This document shows, piece by piece, positions 10,575-20,158 of a stretch of 64,000 nucleotides of DNA. The notes beneath the pieces are model-generated. The model was not told the DNA's origin, searched no databases, and saw nothing but the letters and a program-made list of their open reading frames with translations. The number at the start of each line of letters is the position of its first letter. Positions within the stretch are counted from its first letter, which is position 1. A program made the translations under genes and the position numbers. This DNA comes from a virus, in IMG/VR virus record IMGVR_UViG_3300032285_001029, positions 64,001 to 128,000 of that record. One strand, given 5' to 3'.

Positions 10575-12176
10575 TTACAGGTTGAAAATGAGTGCCCATT
10601 CGGTCATAGTAGAATAGGCAACTACTTCGTCAACTCCTCCACCACCGCCACCACCGCCCATAGTTACCCAAGAATTAGTTTTGGTACTGTAAGCTTCGCC
10701 GGATCCAGTTTCGGTATTAAAACGATATTCCCCATTTTCTGGTGTAAGAGGACGCTCTAATGTTGTTCCAAATGGTAAAACAACACCTTTGCCTGAAAAT
10801 TTTAAATAACCTCGATTGGTGCTGTTAAAAGTTAATGGTTGTGATGTGACACTTATCGTATCGTCTGAAATTGAAACTCCGGATACTATTGTATTTCCAG
10901 CAGGTGTGCTAATAGCAGTATCTGTAGTATTACTAACTATACGTCCAGTAAATGTAGGTCCGCCTAGTTTAGCAGTTATACTATAAAACTTAGTTGTATC
11001 AATGTATGTTTTTACTACATTATTTGTAGCAAATCGAATAGTGTTATCTCCGACATTTACAGTTAATTCTGGTGTAATATACGTGGCACTATTGCTGCTG
11101 TAGACATTGTTTAGACTTACTAGTTGTCCGGCAGGAACATAACCTTCATATCTGTGATAGGTACTATTAAAACGTAACTGCCCGTATTCAGTTAACAGTA
11201 AGTTTGAATTGTTACCTGAAGGTAATTTTACAGATGCAGTTGAATCTACCACAGTTGAACCAGCACCTCTTGGAGAAAGAATTATACTTTTTTCTGTATT
11301 ATTAGCAGGAGAAGCGGCTACATTAGTAATAGTATTTTGATTGAATTTTAAATTAAGAGCAACTATACTGCCGCTGCCATTAGGCGCAAGAATTAAATCT
11401 TGTCCGGCTGTTTTAGTTTGGATAGTATTTGCAACAATTGAAATGTCCGGAAATGTAGTAGTAAAGAAATTAGATACATTTACAGTTAATGATTTCCAAC
11501 GTAAACTAGGAGAACCAATGTCATAACTAGGAAGATTTACACCATCGCTGCTGTATTCTTGAGAATCTTCCGTGATAAAAACGATTCCATCTGCCGCAGC
11601 AAGTGTGCCTGCAGTAACAGGCGCCGGTAACATATTACTAGCTACATGTCCGTTAATTGTAACAGTATCAGTAGTTTCATTTCCAAAATAGATGTTACCA
11701 TCTAATGTAATGTTACCTGTAGCATGAACACCACCAGTAACATACATATCAGAATTTACAATTAATTTTCCAGTACCCGGAGGATCAAAAGTAATGTCAG
11801 TATCTGCAGTTGTGGCTGAGAAATAATTATCACCGATCTCTAAATTGCCAACTCTTACAGCACCTGTAACTGCTATTGTAGGATTACTTGTTTGATCTGG
11901 TCTGATGTATATCTTACCAGAAAGATGCTGAATTGTATTCGAAGATACAACGAAGTTTCCTATAGTAGTAGTTGTATTTGTAGTTAAGGAATCGGATCTA
12001 GTAGTACCGTTTACAAATAATTCTGATGTAGGTGCTGCTGTTTTGATACCTACATAGTTAGGAGTACTGTTGACTTTTAGATAAACAAGATCCGTCTCGA
12101 AAGCTAGATCTACATTATTTCTAACAAGATTTGCGGCTAGTAGTGGGCCACTAATACGCCCTAGTTCGGCGCCCAT
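10575..12176 (-). CDS. Tail-fibre-like structural protein (533 aa)
   Basis: Shares the GRISGPLL.ANL.R..VDLAFE N-terminus and poly-Gly C-terminal linker with 8941..10443. Confidence 0.8.
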   Translation of the reverse strand: MGAELGRISGPLLAANLVRNNVDLAFETDLVYLKVNSTPNYVGIKTAAPTSELFVNGTTRSDSLTTNTTTTIGNFVVSSNTIQHLSGKIYIRPDQTSNPTIAVTGAVRVGNLEIGDNYFSATTADTDITFDPPGTGKLIVNSDMYVTGGVHATGNITLDGNIYFGNETTDTVTINGHVASNMLPAPVTAGTLAAADGIVFITEDSQEYSSDGVNLPSYDIGSPSLRWKSLTVNVSNFFTTTFPDISIVANTIQTKTAGQDLILAPNGSGSIVALNLKFNQNTITNVAASPANNTEKSIILSPRGAGSTVVDSTASVKLPSGNNSNLLLTEYGQLRFNSTYHRYEGYVPAGQLVSLNNVYSSNSATYITPELTVNVGDNTIRFATNNVVKTYIDTTKFYSITAKLGGPTFTGRIVSNTTDTAISTPAGNTIVSGVSISDDTISVTSQPLTFNSTNRGYLKFSGKGVVLPFGTTLERPLTPENGEYRFNTETGSGEAYSTKTNSWVTMGGGGGGGGVDEVVAYSTMTEWALIFNL

Positions 12177-12185
12177 TGACTGTCC

Positions 12186-12980
12186 TTATTTGTCAAACCC
12201 GTGTAAAACTACTACAGGTTTACCTAAAGGAACTGCGGAACTAAATTTAACAAAATATCCAGATCCCGTATTTGTAGAATCTGTTATAGTTAACATTGTT
12301 CCAGAAGAAATTGATGACGTAATAGTTGGCTTATTGATAGTAATACTAGTCAACTGCCCGCTTGTGTTTGTTGTATATGTTAAAATTGCTGTGTTTGATT
12401 GTAAGTATGCACTGCCTGTAACAATTGCACCGGTAATGTCAACTGCAGGATATACAATATATCCTGTAGCAGTTGGATCAAAATTAATAGTAGTTGCACC
12501 AGAACTAGTAATGCCGCTAGTTTTAGGTGTGTATACTTCTCCTGCAATACTAGGGTTTTGTTCAATAGTATAGTTAGTTGTAAATAATTGAATAACATTT
12601 TCAACTAATACAATTAAATTTGCACCAGACCAAGATGTTCCGCTTTGAACAACAGTAGGAGGAGCAGGATTAAGTGGTCCAAAATAAACAGTACTAGCAT
12701 CGCCATAGCCAAGTAATTGTTGTGTAATCGGTGTAGCCTCTTTGAATCGTATGGCCCGCCATGTAGCACTACCTAACGTTGTACCTTGATAAATTTCTAC
12801 CTCAGCTGTACCTGTATTGTATCTCATTTGTCCTAAACTTGGGCTGCTAATAGCTGCCGAACTGTTAGGTAACACCAAACTGTTAGTCGTGTTCATTAGA
12901 ACATCATTGTCAGTGGTTATAGCTACTCGCTTGTCGTAGATCATTCTACGATTTAAAGTTAATGTTTTTAAATATCTCAT
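12186..12980 (-). CDS. Virion structural protein (264 aa)
   Basis: SLVLP..GQMRYNT..VEIY motif shared with neighbouring fibre genes; start overlaps the upstream stop. Confidence 0.75.
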   Translation of the reverse strand: MRYLKTLTLNRRMIYDKRVAITTDNDVLMNTTNSLVLPNSSAAISSPSLGQMRYNTGTAEVEIYQGTTLGSATWRAIRFKEATPITQQLLGYGDASTVYFGPLNPAPPTVVQSGTSWSGANLIVLVENVIQLFTTNYTIEQNPSIAGEVYTPKTSGITSSGATTINFDPTATGYIVYPAVDITGAIVTGSAYLQSNTAILTYTTNTSGQLTSITINKPTITSSISSGTMLTITDSTNTGSGYFVKFSSAVPLGKPVVVLHGFDK

Positions 12981-13297
12981 TAGACTGTCAATGTGCTAAC
13001 TGTTGCAGATAAACCTGTAGTAGAACCAACTGCTACGATTGTATCATTATTAGCTAGTACCATTTTTTCTTGGTCAAAACTAACTGTATCCCCAGCTGGT
13101 ACTGATAATGCGCTTACAATCATGTTGCTTGTACCTGGAGTTCCAACAGCTCCTGCATTATTTGATACTGCATACATAGTTAAATTTACATCCGACACAG
13201 AAGTATTGCAAACAATTATAGTTGTTATTGCATTATTTCCTGCACTGGTATAAATTGTTGTGTTGGTTGCTAAAATTGCTGTATTCTTAATTGCCAT
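12980..13297 (-). CDS. Small virion structural protein (105 aa)
   Basis: AAGGA SD; predicted all-beta; paralog of 8352..8936. Confidence 0.75.
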   Translation of the reverse strand: MAIKNTAILATNTTIYTSAGNNAITTIIVCNTSVSDVNLTMYAVSNNAGAVGTPGTSNMIVSALSVPAGDTVSFDQEKMVLANNDTIVAVGSTTGLSATVSTLTV

Positions 13298-13306
13298 TTT
13301 ACGTCC

Positions 13307-14512
13307 TTAAAATAATACACTAAACAGCAATGCTCTATTTTTTGAAATTAATTCGTCGCTAGTAATTAGATTAGCAAAAAATATTCCGGTCTTTCCTGTT
13401 CCTGTATAAGTCCCTGTATTACTAGCAGACCAAATTTTTGTTGTGCCACTGATACCTGCACCACCTGCATTATCATCTAATCTTAAAACAGAGTTTACTT
13501 CTACATCACCGCTAGTACTAGTTAAAATTAGATTATTGCTTGTAGAATTTTTTACAGTATTTCCAAATATATTTACATTGTCAACATCTAATCCTGCCGA
13601 TGTTATAGTTGCTCTTTGAGTTTCGCTAATATAAAATGTAGTACTAGTATTGTTAGTAGTTACTCTTGATTTTATTGTACCATTTATATAATAGATCGTA
13701 GATACGTCTGCTATACCAGTAGCGTAACTACCAGCAGCAACATATTGTTCAGTCCATTGTTTTGTAACAAGTGTATTTGGATCTACAATATTAGCTGCAT
13801 ATGATGAGGAATTTGTAATTCTTACAACACTAGCAGAATCTTGCATATCTAATAACAGATCACTTCCACCAGAAGTTATAGTTTCTAATTCTAATCCGCT
13901 TAGTACTTCGTCAGCTGTTTTAAATACCCATGAACCATATACTTCTATATAGTTAACAGTTGCAGTCATCGATCCGCTGCCATTAGAAACATGGAATACA
14001 GAACCGCCTAAAATTGTGCTTACTTGTATTTTACTATTGACGCTGTCTATACTTTTAACATAATAAGTTGCACCATTGACTACACTACCGAAAACTGTTC
14101 CCGTAAACACTATAGTACTACCTGCACTGATTGCAGCAACACTGTTTAGTGTAATCCAATAACCAGTAGCAGTTGTTGCAGTAGCAGTATATGCAGTGGT
14201 AGCTAAATGTGTATGAGGTATAGTTTCTTTAAAAAATAACTGGGCGTTAGAATAATCACCGCGATCGACTTCTATACCCGATTGATAGTTTAAAATTGCA
14301 CTTATACCGGGACCAATCTGTCCATTATTAAGTGTGAATATATTATTGCTAATATTGATATTAGTAGATTCAACATTTGTTGACACACCTTTAACATCAA
14401 GATTACCAAGAATATAAACTGTTCCACCATAGTGCAGATCCAACGTGATGTTGCCATCAGGCTGGACCTGTATTCTATAGTTGTCGTCGTCGACTTTTAA
14501 AACTCTTGTCAT
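13307..14512 (-). CDS. Virion structural/fibre protein (401 aa)
   Basis: GNLDVKG..T.VES..I..N..TLN..SGIEVDRG motif typical of phage fibre shafts; internal Thr-rich module. Confidence 0.75.
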   Translation of the reverse strand: MTRVLKVDDDNYRIQVQPDGNITLDLHYGGTVYILGNLDVKGVSTNVESTNINISNNIFTLNNGQIGPGISAILNYQSGIEVDRGDYSNAQLFFKETIPHTHLATTAYTATATTATGYWITLNSVAAISAGSTIVFTGTVFGSVVNGATYYVKSIDSVNSKIQVSTILGGSVFHVSNGSGSMTATVNYIEVYGSWVFKTADEVLSGLELETITSGGSDLLLDMQDSASVVRITNSSSYAANIVDPNTLVTKQWTEQYVAAGSYATGIADVSTIYYINGTIKSRVTTNNTSTTFYISETQRATITSAGLDVDNVNIFGNTVKNSTSNNLILTSTSGDVEVNSVLRLDDNAGGAGISGTTKIWSASNTGTYTGTGKTGIFFANLITSDELISKNRALLFSVLF

Positions 14513-14518
14513 TGTATA

Positions 14519-15811
14519 TTATTGACTTTGTGTAGTTTCTAAACGAACACCGGCTGAATTACTGTCTGGACGGGGAATCTCAGCACCACTGTTACCCCAT
14601 CTTACTAATTGTCCGCGTGGGTACACATTTGGATCAGCAAATATTCCTAGACTTGGATTTTTACGAACTACTATGCACTTATGTGCTGTAACTTTAGTTA
14701 CCCAGTATTCGTGATCGTCATCGTCCCAAGCTGTTAAACTTGCTTGACCTAGTGCTGCAGGAGCGTGTGCATATAATCTTGCACTGACTACACTACCAAC
14801 AGCAGCTTTTAAAATATATGTTCGTGTACCACGTTGTCTAATAACATCAGTATCTCGAACTTGGCCGTTAATATATGATTTGAATAACAAAGTATATCTT
14901 GAACTAGAGCTGCCACCGACATTAGTATCAGTAGTATTCCAATCAAACCCATCGATCGATGCGTTACCTGTTGCAAATGCAATAGTAGTATCTTGGCGTA
15001 CATAACCACGATTACGATTTGCACCTGTTCCATTTAATACATCAATGCTTAATACTCTATATGTTGTGTTGACTGTTAAACCTGTACCTTCTGTAGAAGT
15101 TGTTACAACTGATGTAATATCTCCTGGCAATGCTGTGTAGTTACCACGATTTGTAATGTTAAGTGTTTTAGCAGTCCACTGACCATCTAAATTAATAGTT
15201 AACCCTGCTGCTGCTCCACTGTTTGTAGTTGTTAGTATACCTGTTGGCAATACTGTATAACTACCTGCGTTAGATAATGTTAATTGTGTTACACGGCCAT
15301 AAGGAGCAGTTGTACCACCTGCACCAACATTAAGACCTGTTACTGTAAAAACAGCAGCTTGACTAAACGTACCGCCTTGTACTGTGATTGTGTCGCCGAT
15401 ACCATAACCTTGTGCGCCAGTTCCACCAACGACTACAATGCCTACACCGCCTGGCGTTGAGTATGCACCGTCAAATGTTGTGCTGTTGTTGCCATGTACA
15501 CCTGCTGTTGCAAGAGTATATGTAGCTTGTATTCCTGTTCCACCAGTAGCTGTGATAATGCTAGACATGGTGTAACCTTTGCTGTTTACCTGTTCTTGTG
15601 GAGCTGCTGCGCTAACTTCCATGTGTACACGATAAGTTGCTGCTACCCCAGCTGGCAATTGTGGAGCTGTTATGTTTAGTGCTGGAATAGCAGTATAACC
15701 GCTACCTTTACTGTCGACATAAATGTCAGTGATTGTAATGCCGCCTTCGTTTGGTAATACACCGTTTTCGTTTCTATTACCAAAGTATAATGATTTAATT
15801 GGACGTCCCAT
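14519..15811 (-). CDS. Structural protein downstream of the major capsid gene (430 aa, MGRPIK...), possible head decoration
   Basis: Start re-assigned to the ATG at 15811, which follows AAGGAG SD (the ORF-track extension to 15880 lies in the structured leader); GSGY/G.GY beta repeats. Confidence 0.75.
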   Translation of the reverse strand: MGRPIKSLYFGNRNENGVLPNEGGITITDIYVDSKGSGYTAIPALNITAPQLPAGVAATYRVHMEVSAAAPQEQVNSKGYTMSSIITATGGTGIQATYTLATAGVHGNNSTTFDGAYSTPGGVGIVVVGGTGAQGYGIGDTITVQGGTFSQAAVFTVTGLNVGAGGTTAPYGRVTQLTLSNAGSYTVLPTGILTTTNSGAAAGLTINLDGQWTAKTLNITNRGNYTALPGDITSVVTTSTEGTGLTVNTTYRVLSIDVLNGTGANRNRGYVRQDTTIAFATGNASIDGFDWNTTDTNVGGSSSSRYTLLFKSYINGQVRDTDVIRQRGTRTYILKAAVGSVVSARLYAHAPAALGQASLTAWDDDDHEYWVTKVTAHKCIVVRKNPSLGIFADPNVYPRGQLVRWGNSGAEIPRPDSNSAGVRLETTQSQ

Positions 15812-15909
15812 TTTGTTTTTCTCCTTAAGAAATAATGGCGTTCTAGGCCATACGCGGTTGGATTTCCGCATAAAACTCACACCATGTGAGTCGTTACTAT
15901 GTATTTAGC
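15812..15909 (-). promoter_or_regulatory. Late promoter (GCTAAATA) plus three-hairpin 5' leader
   Basis: TAAATA at 15907-15902; hairpins at 15892-15874, 15872-15851 and 15850-15836. Confidence 0.65.
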
Positions 15910-15916
15910 TGAGATT

Positions 15917-15941
15917 AAAAAAGGGCACCGAAGTGCCCTTT
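15917..15941 (-). terminator. Rho-independent terminator after gp23
   Basis: AAAGGGCAC-TTCG-GTGCCC-TTTTTT on minus strand: C(UUCG)G tetraloop stem plus U tract. Confidence 0.92.
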
Positions 15942-15966
15942 GAATTGTTTACAAACAAGTAATAAA

Positions 15967-17133
15967 TTACTTGAAAGAAACGTTTTGAATTGCAACTTTA
16001 CCTAGGTAGTCAGCTGCGTTACCTAGAGAAGAAGCTGTGTTTGACAACTCAACATAACCATAACGTGTCATGAATGATACGACTGGTTCGAAAGTTGACG
16101 GATCTAAAACAACACCACTGCTCATTAATGGAATGTATGGGCAATAGAATGCTGCTGCATCGCTCTCACTAGCACCTTTGTAACCGATTAGAACATCGGA
16201 ACCATCTGAGCTATATGTGTTAACGTAGATCTTCATTGCACTGTTCAATGTACCAACAAACTTAGTGTTTGTTGGAGCTTCGAAAGTACCTTCAGTTGTA
16301 CGAGCAAATGCTGATGTTGTTGCGCTCTGTAGAATGGTTAAAGCAAATGGACTTACAACTGCCCAGTTACCTGCGCCACGACGAGTACGTTGAGCGATTA
16401 GGTTAGATACACGATTGATCTGAACAGCTAATGCAGCGTGTTCGTCACCAACGAATGTAGCAGTACCAGAAACTTGAGTTTGGTCAAAAGTTTCAATTGC
16501 TGTACCAGCCAAGCTACTTAGACTTGCTAAGATTTCTTGATCGATTTCAGCAGTAATTTCTTGTGCCAAAGCAGCCATAACTTCTGCTTCGATGTCAATA
16601 CCTTGTTGGGCTTGTGCATCTTGAGCAGCCTCGAATGTCCAACGAGCAGACAATTTACGAGTTTTAGCTTCGACTGTTTGTTTCAAGATTTGAATGCTTA
16701 GTCTATTTCCTGGCAAACCTTCTAGTGTAGCTGTTGAAGCAGCTTTACCAGTCGAGTTATTACCGGAATAGTTCTCAGCAATCTTGAATGGGCTTAATGC
16801 TTCCTCACCTGCTGCAACATTAACTGTTCCAGAAACGGAATCAGCGTAACGTACACGCAGAGTGTGGATTTGACCTACTGGACCTGTCATAGGTTGTACA
16901 CCTAGCAACTCGTTAGCAATAACGGTTGGCATAACACGACGGATCACTGGTAGAATCACGCGATTTAATGTTGCGACGTTGCCGGCAGAAGTGGCTCCAG
17001 CTGTGCTGCTCTCTGATAGATACTTGCGAGTATTATCAAGTGTTACAGACATTACTGATTTTTTAGTGCCTTGTAGGCCTTCTAAAAGTGCATCTTTGGT
17101 TTCTGCCCAACGGCTTGTTAGTAGTTCTGACAT
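15967..17133 (-). CDS. gp23: Major capsid protein (T4 gp23 family)
   Basis: LIRR/VIRRVMP..IA.EL.GVQPMTGP.GQI..LR; K.TVEAKTRKL.A.WT.E.AQD; EI..EIDQEI; FYCPYIPL; TRYG motifs. Confidence 0.97.
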   Translation of the reverse strand: MSELLTSRWAETKDALLEGLQGTKKSVMSVTLDNTRKYLSESSTAGATSAGNVATLNRVILPVIRRVMPTVIANELLGVQPMTGPVGQIHTLRVRYADSVSGTVNVAAGEEALSPFKIAENYSGNNSTGKAASTATLEGLPGNRLSIQILKQTVEAKTRKLSARWTFEAAQDAQAQQGIDIEAEVMAALAQEITAEIDQEILASLSSLAGTAIETFDQTQVSGTATFVGDEHAALAVQINRVSNLIAQRTRRGAGNWAVVSPFALTILQSATTSAFARTTEGTFEAPTNTKFVGTLNSAMKIYVNTYSSDGSDVLIGYKGASESDAAAFYCPYIPLMSSGVVLDPSTFEPVVSFMTRYGYVELSNTASSLGNAADYLGKVAIQNVSFK

Positions 17134-17144
17134 TTAAATTCTCC

Positions 17145-18248
17145 TTAAATTTTTAGTCCAGCAAGGCGTCTAATATCTACGATATTATTGTCATTACCTT
17201 CGCTGCTACGGTTGCTGTTGGAAATTATTTCTTTATTTCCTGTTATTTCTTTAGCCTCTACAAGTGCCTGTCTCTTCTGCGGAGCTTTGCCAGCAACTAC
17301 TGCTGGTAGATACTTTTCAAAACTTTCAGTAAGTTTTGAAGTTTTCACACTCTCCATTAACTCTCCCATGATTTCACGTTGATCCGAACTTAACGGAGCA
17401 AGTAGTTCACTCATGATTGCTTTTCTTTCTTGCGATTCTTTTAGTTTCGCAACTTCTGCTTGTTTACTTTCTAGTATTTGTTTAGCTTCTTCTTCTGCCT
17501 GTTTGGCTTCTTGAATCGCTAAATCTTTCAAGTCTATGACTTTGAGTAATTTTGCAGTTTCTGATTTTTCATTTAGATAGCTACTTTGGTATTCGTTAGC
17601 GAATGCTTCAAATAGTTTTCTTCCGAAATCATTACGACGAGCAGCATCAATATCTTCTTTCAATCCGTGTAGTTCAGAACGTAGTCCTTCACTAACCAAT
17701 TGATCGACTCTAATAGCGGCACGTTTTACAAATTGTTGTTTTGTTTCTTGAAGTTGCTTACGCCCTTCACGAATCAATTTAACCTTAGTTTCTGCTAAGT
17801 CTTTCTTATCTTCATAGAACTCTGCAATTTCACTGGCAAGAGCCTCAATTACGAATTGTTCTAGTTTGCCGAATTTGTTAGCCATCTGCATTTGATCTTC
17901 GTGTAGTTCACGAATTTCAGATGCTAGTTGACGTGTTACAAATGCATTAGCTACATTACTAGCTTCTGCAATTTTCTTAGCGTATTTCACTTTCATTTCT
18001 GATAGTGATTTACGATCTTCTGCGAACTCAACGATTTCTTTGCTTAGTTGATCACTGACCATACGATCAATTGCTTCAACCATAACACTTCTATCATGCT
18101 CATATTTCTGAGCGAACTCTTCGCGCAATTGTGCAGTTGCTAGTTCACGATTCTCATTGATCTTCGATTCCCAAGCTTGCTCAATTGACTCTTTGATGTC
18201 AGCTGAAATCACATTGTTTTCGAATAATTGTTTTAATGCATCCAACAT
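17145..18248 (-). CDS. gp22: Prohead core/scaffolding protein (gp22-like)
   Basis: Glu/Lys-rich coiled coil lying between protease and capsid genes as in T4. Confidence 0.85.
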   Translation of the reverse strand: MLDALKQLFENNVISADIKESIEQAWESKINENRELATAQLREEFAQKYEHDRSVMVEAIDRMVSDQLSKEIVEFAEDRKSLSEMKVKYAKKIAEASNVANAFVTRQLASEIRELHEDQMQMANKFGKLEQFVIEALASEIAEFYEDKKDLAETKVKLIREGRKQLQETKQQFVKRAAIRVDQLVSEGLRSELHGLKEDIDAARRNDFGRKLFEAFANEYQSSYLNEKSETAKLLKVIDLKDLAIQEAKQAEEEAKQILESKQAEVAKLKESQERKAIMSELLAPLSSDQREIMGELMESVKTSKLTESFEKYLPAVVAGKAPQKRQALVEAKEITGNKEIISNSNRSSEGNDNNIVDIRRLAGLKI

Positions 18249-18261
18249 GTGATTCTCCTTA

Positions 18262-18888
18262 TTATTGGAGTTTGCTTATTATTCCTAATAAGCTCTCTTT
18301 GAGATACTTCTGTGCTTTAGGATCATCCTTAACCTCTTGCGCTATACGCAAGGCATTATAACCACCACGACTATTCATCAAGTGTTCATAAATTGGTGTA
18401 GGATATGCTCCTGGAGCACTAGGTTGAGCTACCATATCTACTGTGATAATCTCAAAATCTGATACTTCACCGGAACCGTCCTCACGAACATTCCCGGATC
18501 CGCGACTGGAAACTCCTAACTTAACTCCGCTTTCTAGCATTGTACGGATTAGTTGTCCCATTGGTGTAGGTAAAATTTTCATCTTACCATAACCGTTTGG
18601 ACCGTCCATCCACATATTAACTATCATGTGTGATACACGATCCAAGTTGATTTTTAGGTCGTCTGGATGATCCACCTCTCCAAGTACGCTATAACCATTT
18701 TGAATCTGATCGTTCAGAGTCTTAACAGCCTTGCTAATCTCGCTCACAGGATATACTCTCTGGTTAGCGTTACGGATACCGCCCTGTATACAAATACCAC
18801 TTAGATACAGACTTTTTCCGTCTTTCTCATCACTTTCGATGAGTATTTTAGCTTGGTCGAAACTTAAATTTTCGCGTAAGTGGAGCAT
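18262..18888 (-). CDS. gp21: Prohead protease (gp21)
   Basis: N.NQRVYP, GEVDHP, SH, TPMG, LGVSSRGSG, D.VA.PSAP.A motifs. Confidence 0.95.
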   Translation of the reverse strand: MLHLRENLSFDQAKILIESDEKDGKSLYLSGICIQGGIRNANQRVYPVSEISKAVKTLNDQIQNGYSVLGEVDHPDDLKINLDRVSHMIVNMWMDGPNGYGKMKILPTPMGQLIRTMLESGVKLGVSSRGSGNVREDGSGEVSDFEIITVDMVAQPSAPGAYPTPIYEHLMNSRGGYNALRIAQEVKDDPKAQKYLKESLLGIISKLQ

Positions 18889-18901
18889 CTATTTGCCCTA
18901 A

Positions 18902-19789
18902 TTAACGAACACGCTTGCCACCGATTAAGCTTGACTTGTCAACGCTTCCGGTGTTCTTTTCGCCAGTACCTGCGCCTACTAGGCCGCCTTCTGCTGGTCC
19001 TTTCTTCTCTGGTCCATGTCCAGGCTCTTTCTTCTTAAACGCTGTTTTACCAGCATTTCCGCCTACTACGTTGATGTTACCAGTGTTCATATCTTGTGTT
19101 TTTGGACTTGCTAAACCACCTTGTGTTCCGCCAGTTCCGCCTTGACCGCCACGAGCGATATTAGCAGTTGTTCCACCCATATTGTTTGGACCAGCTACTG
19201 GACTTTTAGTGTTAGCACCATTGTCACCATGCTTTGGCATAGCTACTTTTTCCAATGTTGAACCTTCGAAAACACCGTGATGTACGTGATGAACTACTTT
19301 ACCACTGCCTTCCATCTCTGGTTCAGCATCCATAGAATCCATTCCATCCATGTTGGTTTCCATTTCCATCTCGTCGTCACCCATGTCGTCCATGCCGCCC
19401 ATGTGATCTTCGCCTTCTTCGCCGGCCATTAGTTGTTCAAATTCTGCTTTTAATTCTTCTAGAGCATCTTCTAGATCCATAACACGATCTTCGATGTCTT
19501 CGTCACCTTCGTCTTCGCTATCGTTGTCTTCAGCGTCATCAACAAAGTCGTCGCCTGCGTCGCCTCCGAAGTCGTCGTCACTACCTTCTTCTTCCTCTTC
19601 GCCTTCTTCTTCCTCTTCTTCCTCTTCGCCTTCTTCTTCTTCTTCGGCGCCGAAGTCGCTTTCTAATAATTCTTCGTAAATTTCACGAGATTTTGCTACT
19701 ACGATGTTATGAAAAATCTCTTCTGCTTTTTCTTGATCTTCATTGATCAAAGCCTCAAGCATGGCTTCAAATTGTGCGCGATCAGTCAT
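18902..19789 (-). CDS. Highly acidic prohead core protein (gp67-like position)
   Basis: Poly-Glu/Asp N-terminal half and Gly-rich C-terminal half; lies between portal and protease; AGGAG SD and AGTAAATA promoter. Confidence 0.7.
   Translation of the reverse strand: MTDRAQFEAMLEALINEDQEKAEEIFHNIVVAKSREIYEELLESDFGAEEEEEGEEEEEEEEGEEEEEGSDDDFGGDAGDDFVDDAEDNDSEDEGDEDIEDRVMDLEDALEELKAEFEQLMAGEEGEDHMGGMDDMGDDEMEMETNMDGMDSMDAEPEMEGSGKVVHHVHHGVFEGSTLEKVAMPKHGDNGANTKSPVAGPNNMGGTTANIARGGQGGTGGTQGGLASPKTQDMNTGNINVVGGNAGKTAFKKKEPGHGPEKKGPAEGGLVGAGTGEKNTGSVDKSSLIGGKRVR
19584..19645. repeat. Low-complexity GAA/GAG tandem repeat encoding EEEEEGEEEEEEEEGEEEEEG
   Basis: cttcttcctcttcgcc units repeated on the plus strand. 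Confidence 0.8.
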
Positions 19790-19824
19790 TGTTTATTCTC
19801 CTGTGATATGATACAAGGCTGTAA

Positions 19825-19834
19825 GATATTTACT
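19825..19834 (-). promoter_or_regulatory. Late promoter core AGTAAATA
   Basis: TAAATA at 19832-19827 upstream of the acidic core gene. Confidence 0.7.
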
Positions 19835-19856
19835 ATTAACCGATGAAAAGTACCTG

Positions 19857-19885
19857 AATATGCCGTAAAAACGACATATTTTTTT
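19857..19885. terminator. Intergenic hairpin, possible terminator or processing site
   Basis: Minus-strand AAUAUGUCGU-UUUU-ACGGCAUAUU 10-bp stem with one G-U; the T-run lies on the plus-strand side, so orientation is ambiguous. Confidence 0.35.
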
Positions 19886-19896
19886 GAAATTTAAAA

Positions 19897-20145
19897 TTAA
19901 ACAGCACCGACGGGTGCAGGTGGAGGTGTGAAATACATATTATGGATAAAGTCGAGCTCCTGTTCTTGTTCCAAAATATGAGCTTCGCTGGCTTTGCGTA
20001 GCTCGTTTATCTGTTGTAAACTAAGTCTAGTTTTACGTGTATCTGTATTCGAAATTATAGAGTTATCGCGCTGAGGTTCGTATCGCAAATCATTTGCTAC
20101 ACGTCTAGTATCCTGATCAATATAAAATAATTCTCTAAGTATCAT
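19897..20145 (-). CDS. Small head-module protein (82 aa)
   Basis: ORF between portal and acidic core gene; RKTRL.L.QIN.LRK motif; directly follows TATAAATA. Confidence 0.75.
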   Translation of the reverse strand: MILRELFYIDQDTRRVANDLRYEPQRDNSIISNTDTRKTRLSLQQINELRKASEAHILEQEQELDFIHNMYFTPPPAPVGAV

Positions 20146-20150
20146 ATCAA

Positions 20151-20158
20151 TATTTATA
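20151..20158 (-). promoter_or_regulatory. T4-consensus late promoter TATAAATA overlapping the portal stop
   Basis: Exact TATAAATA on minus strand, 5 nt before ATG 20145. Confidence 0.75.

Noticed and set aside
15812-15880. 23-aa N-terminal extension in the ORF track
   Set aside because: A strong AAGGAG SD precedes ATG 15811, and the extension coincides with the leader hairpins
19494-19679. Poly-Ser plus-strand ORF
   Set aside because: Antisense shadow of the poly-Glu/Asp tract
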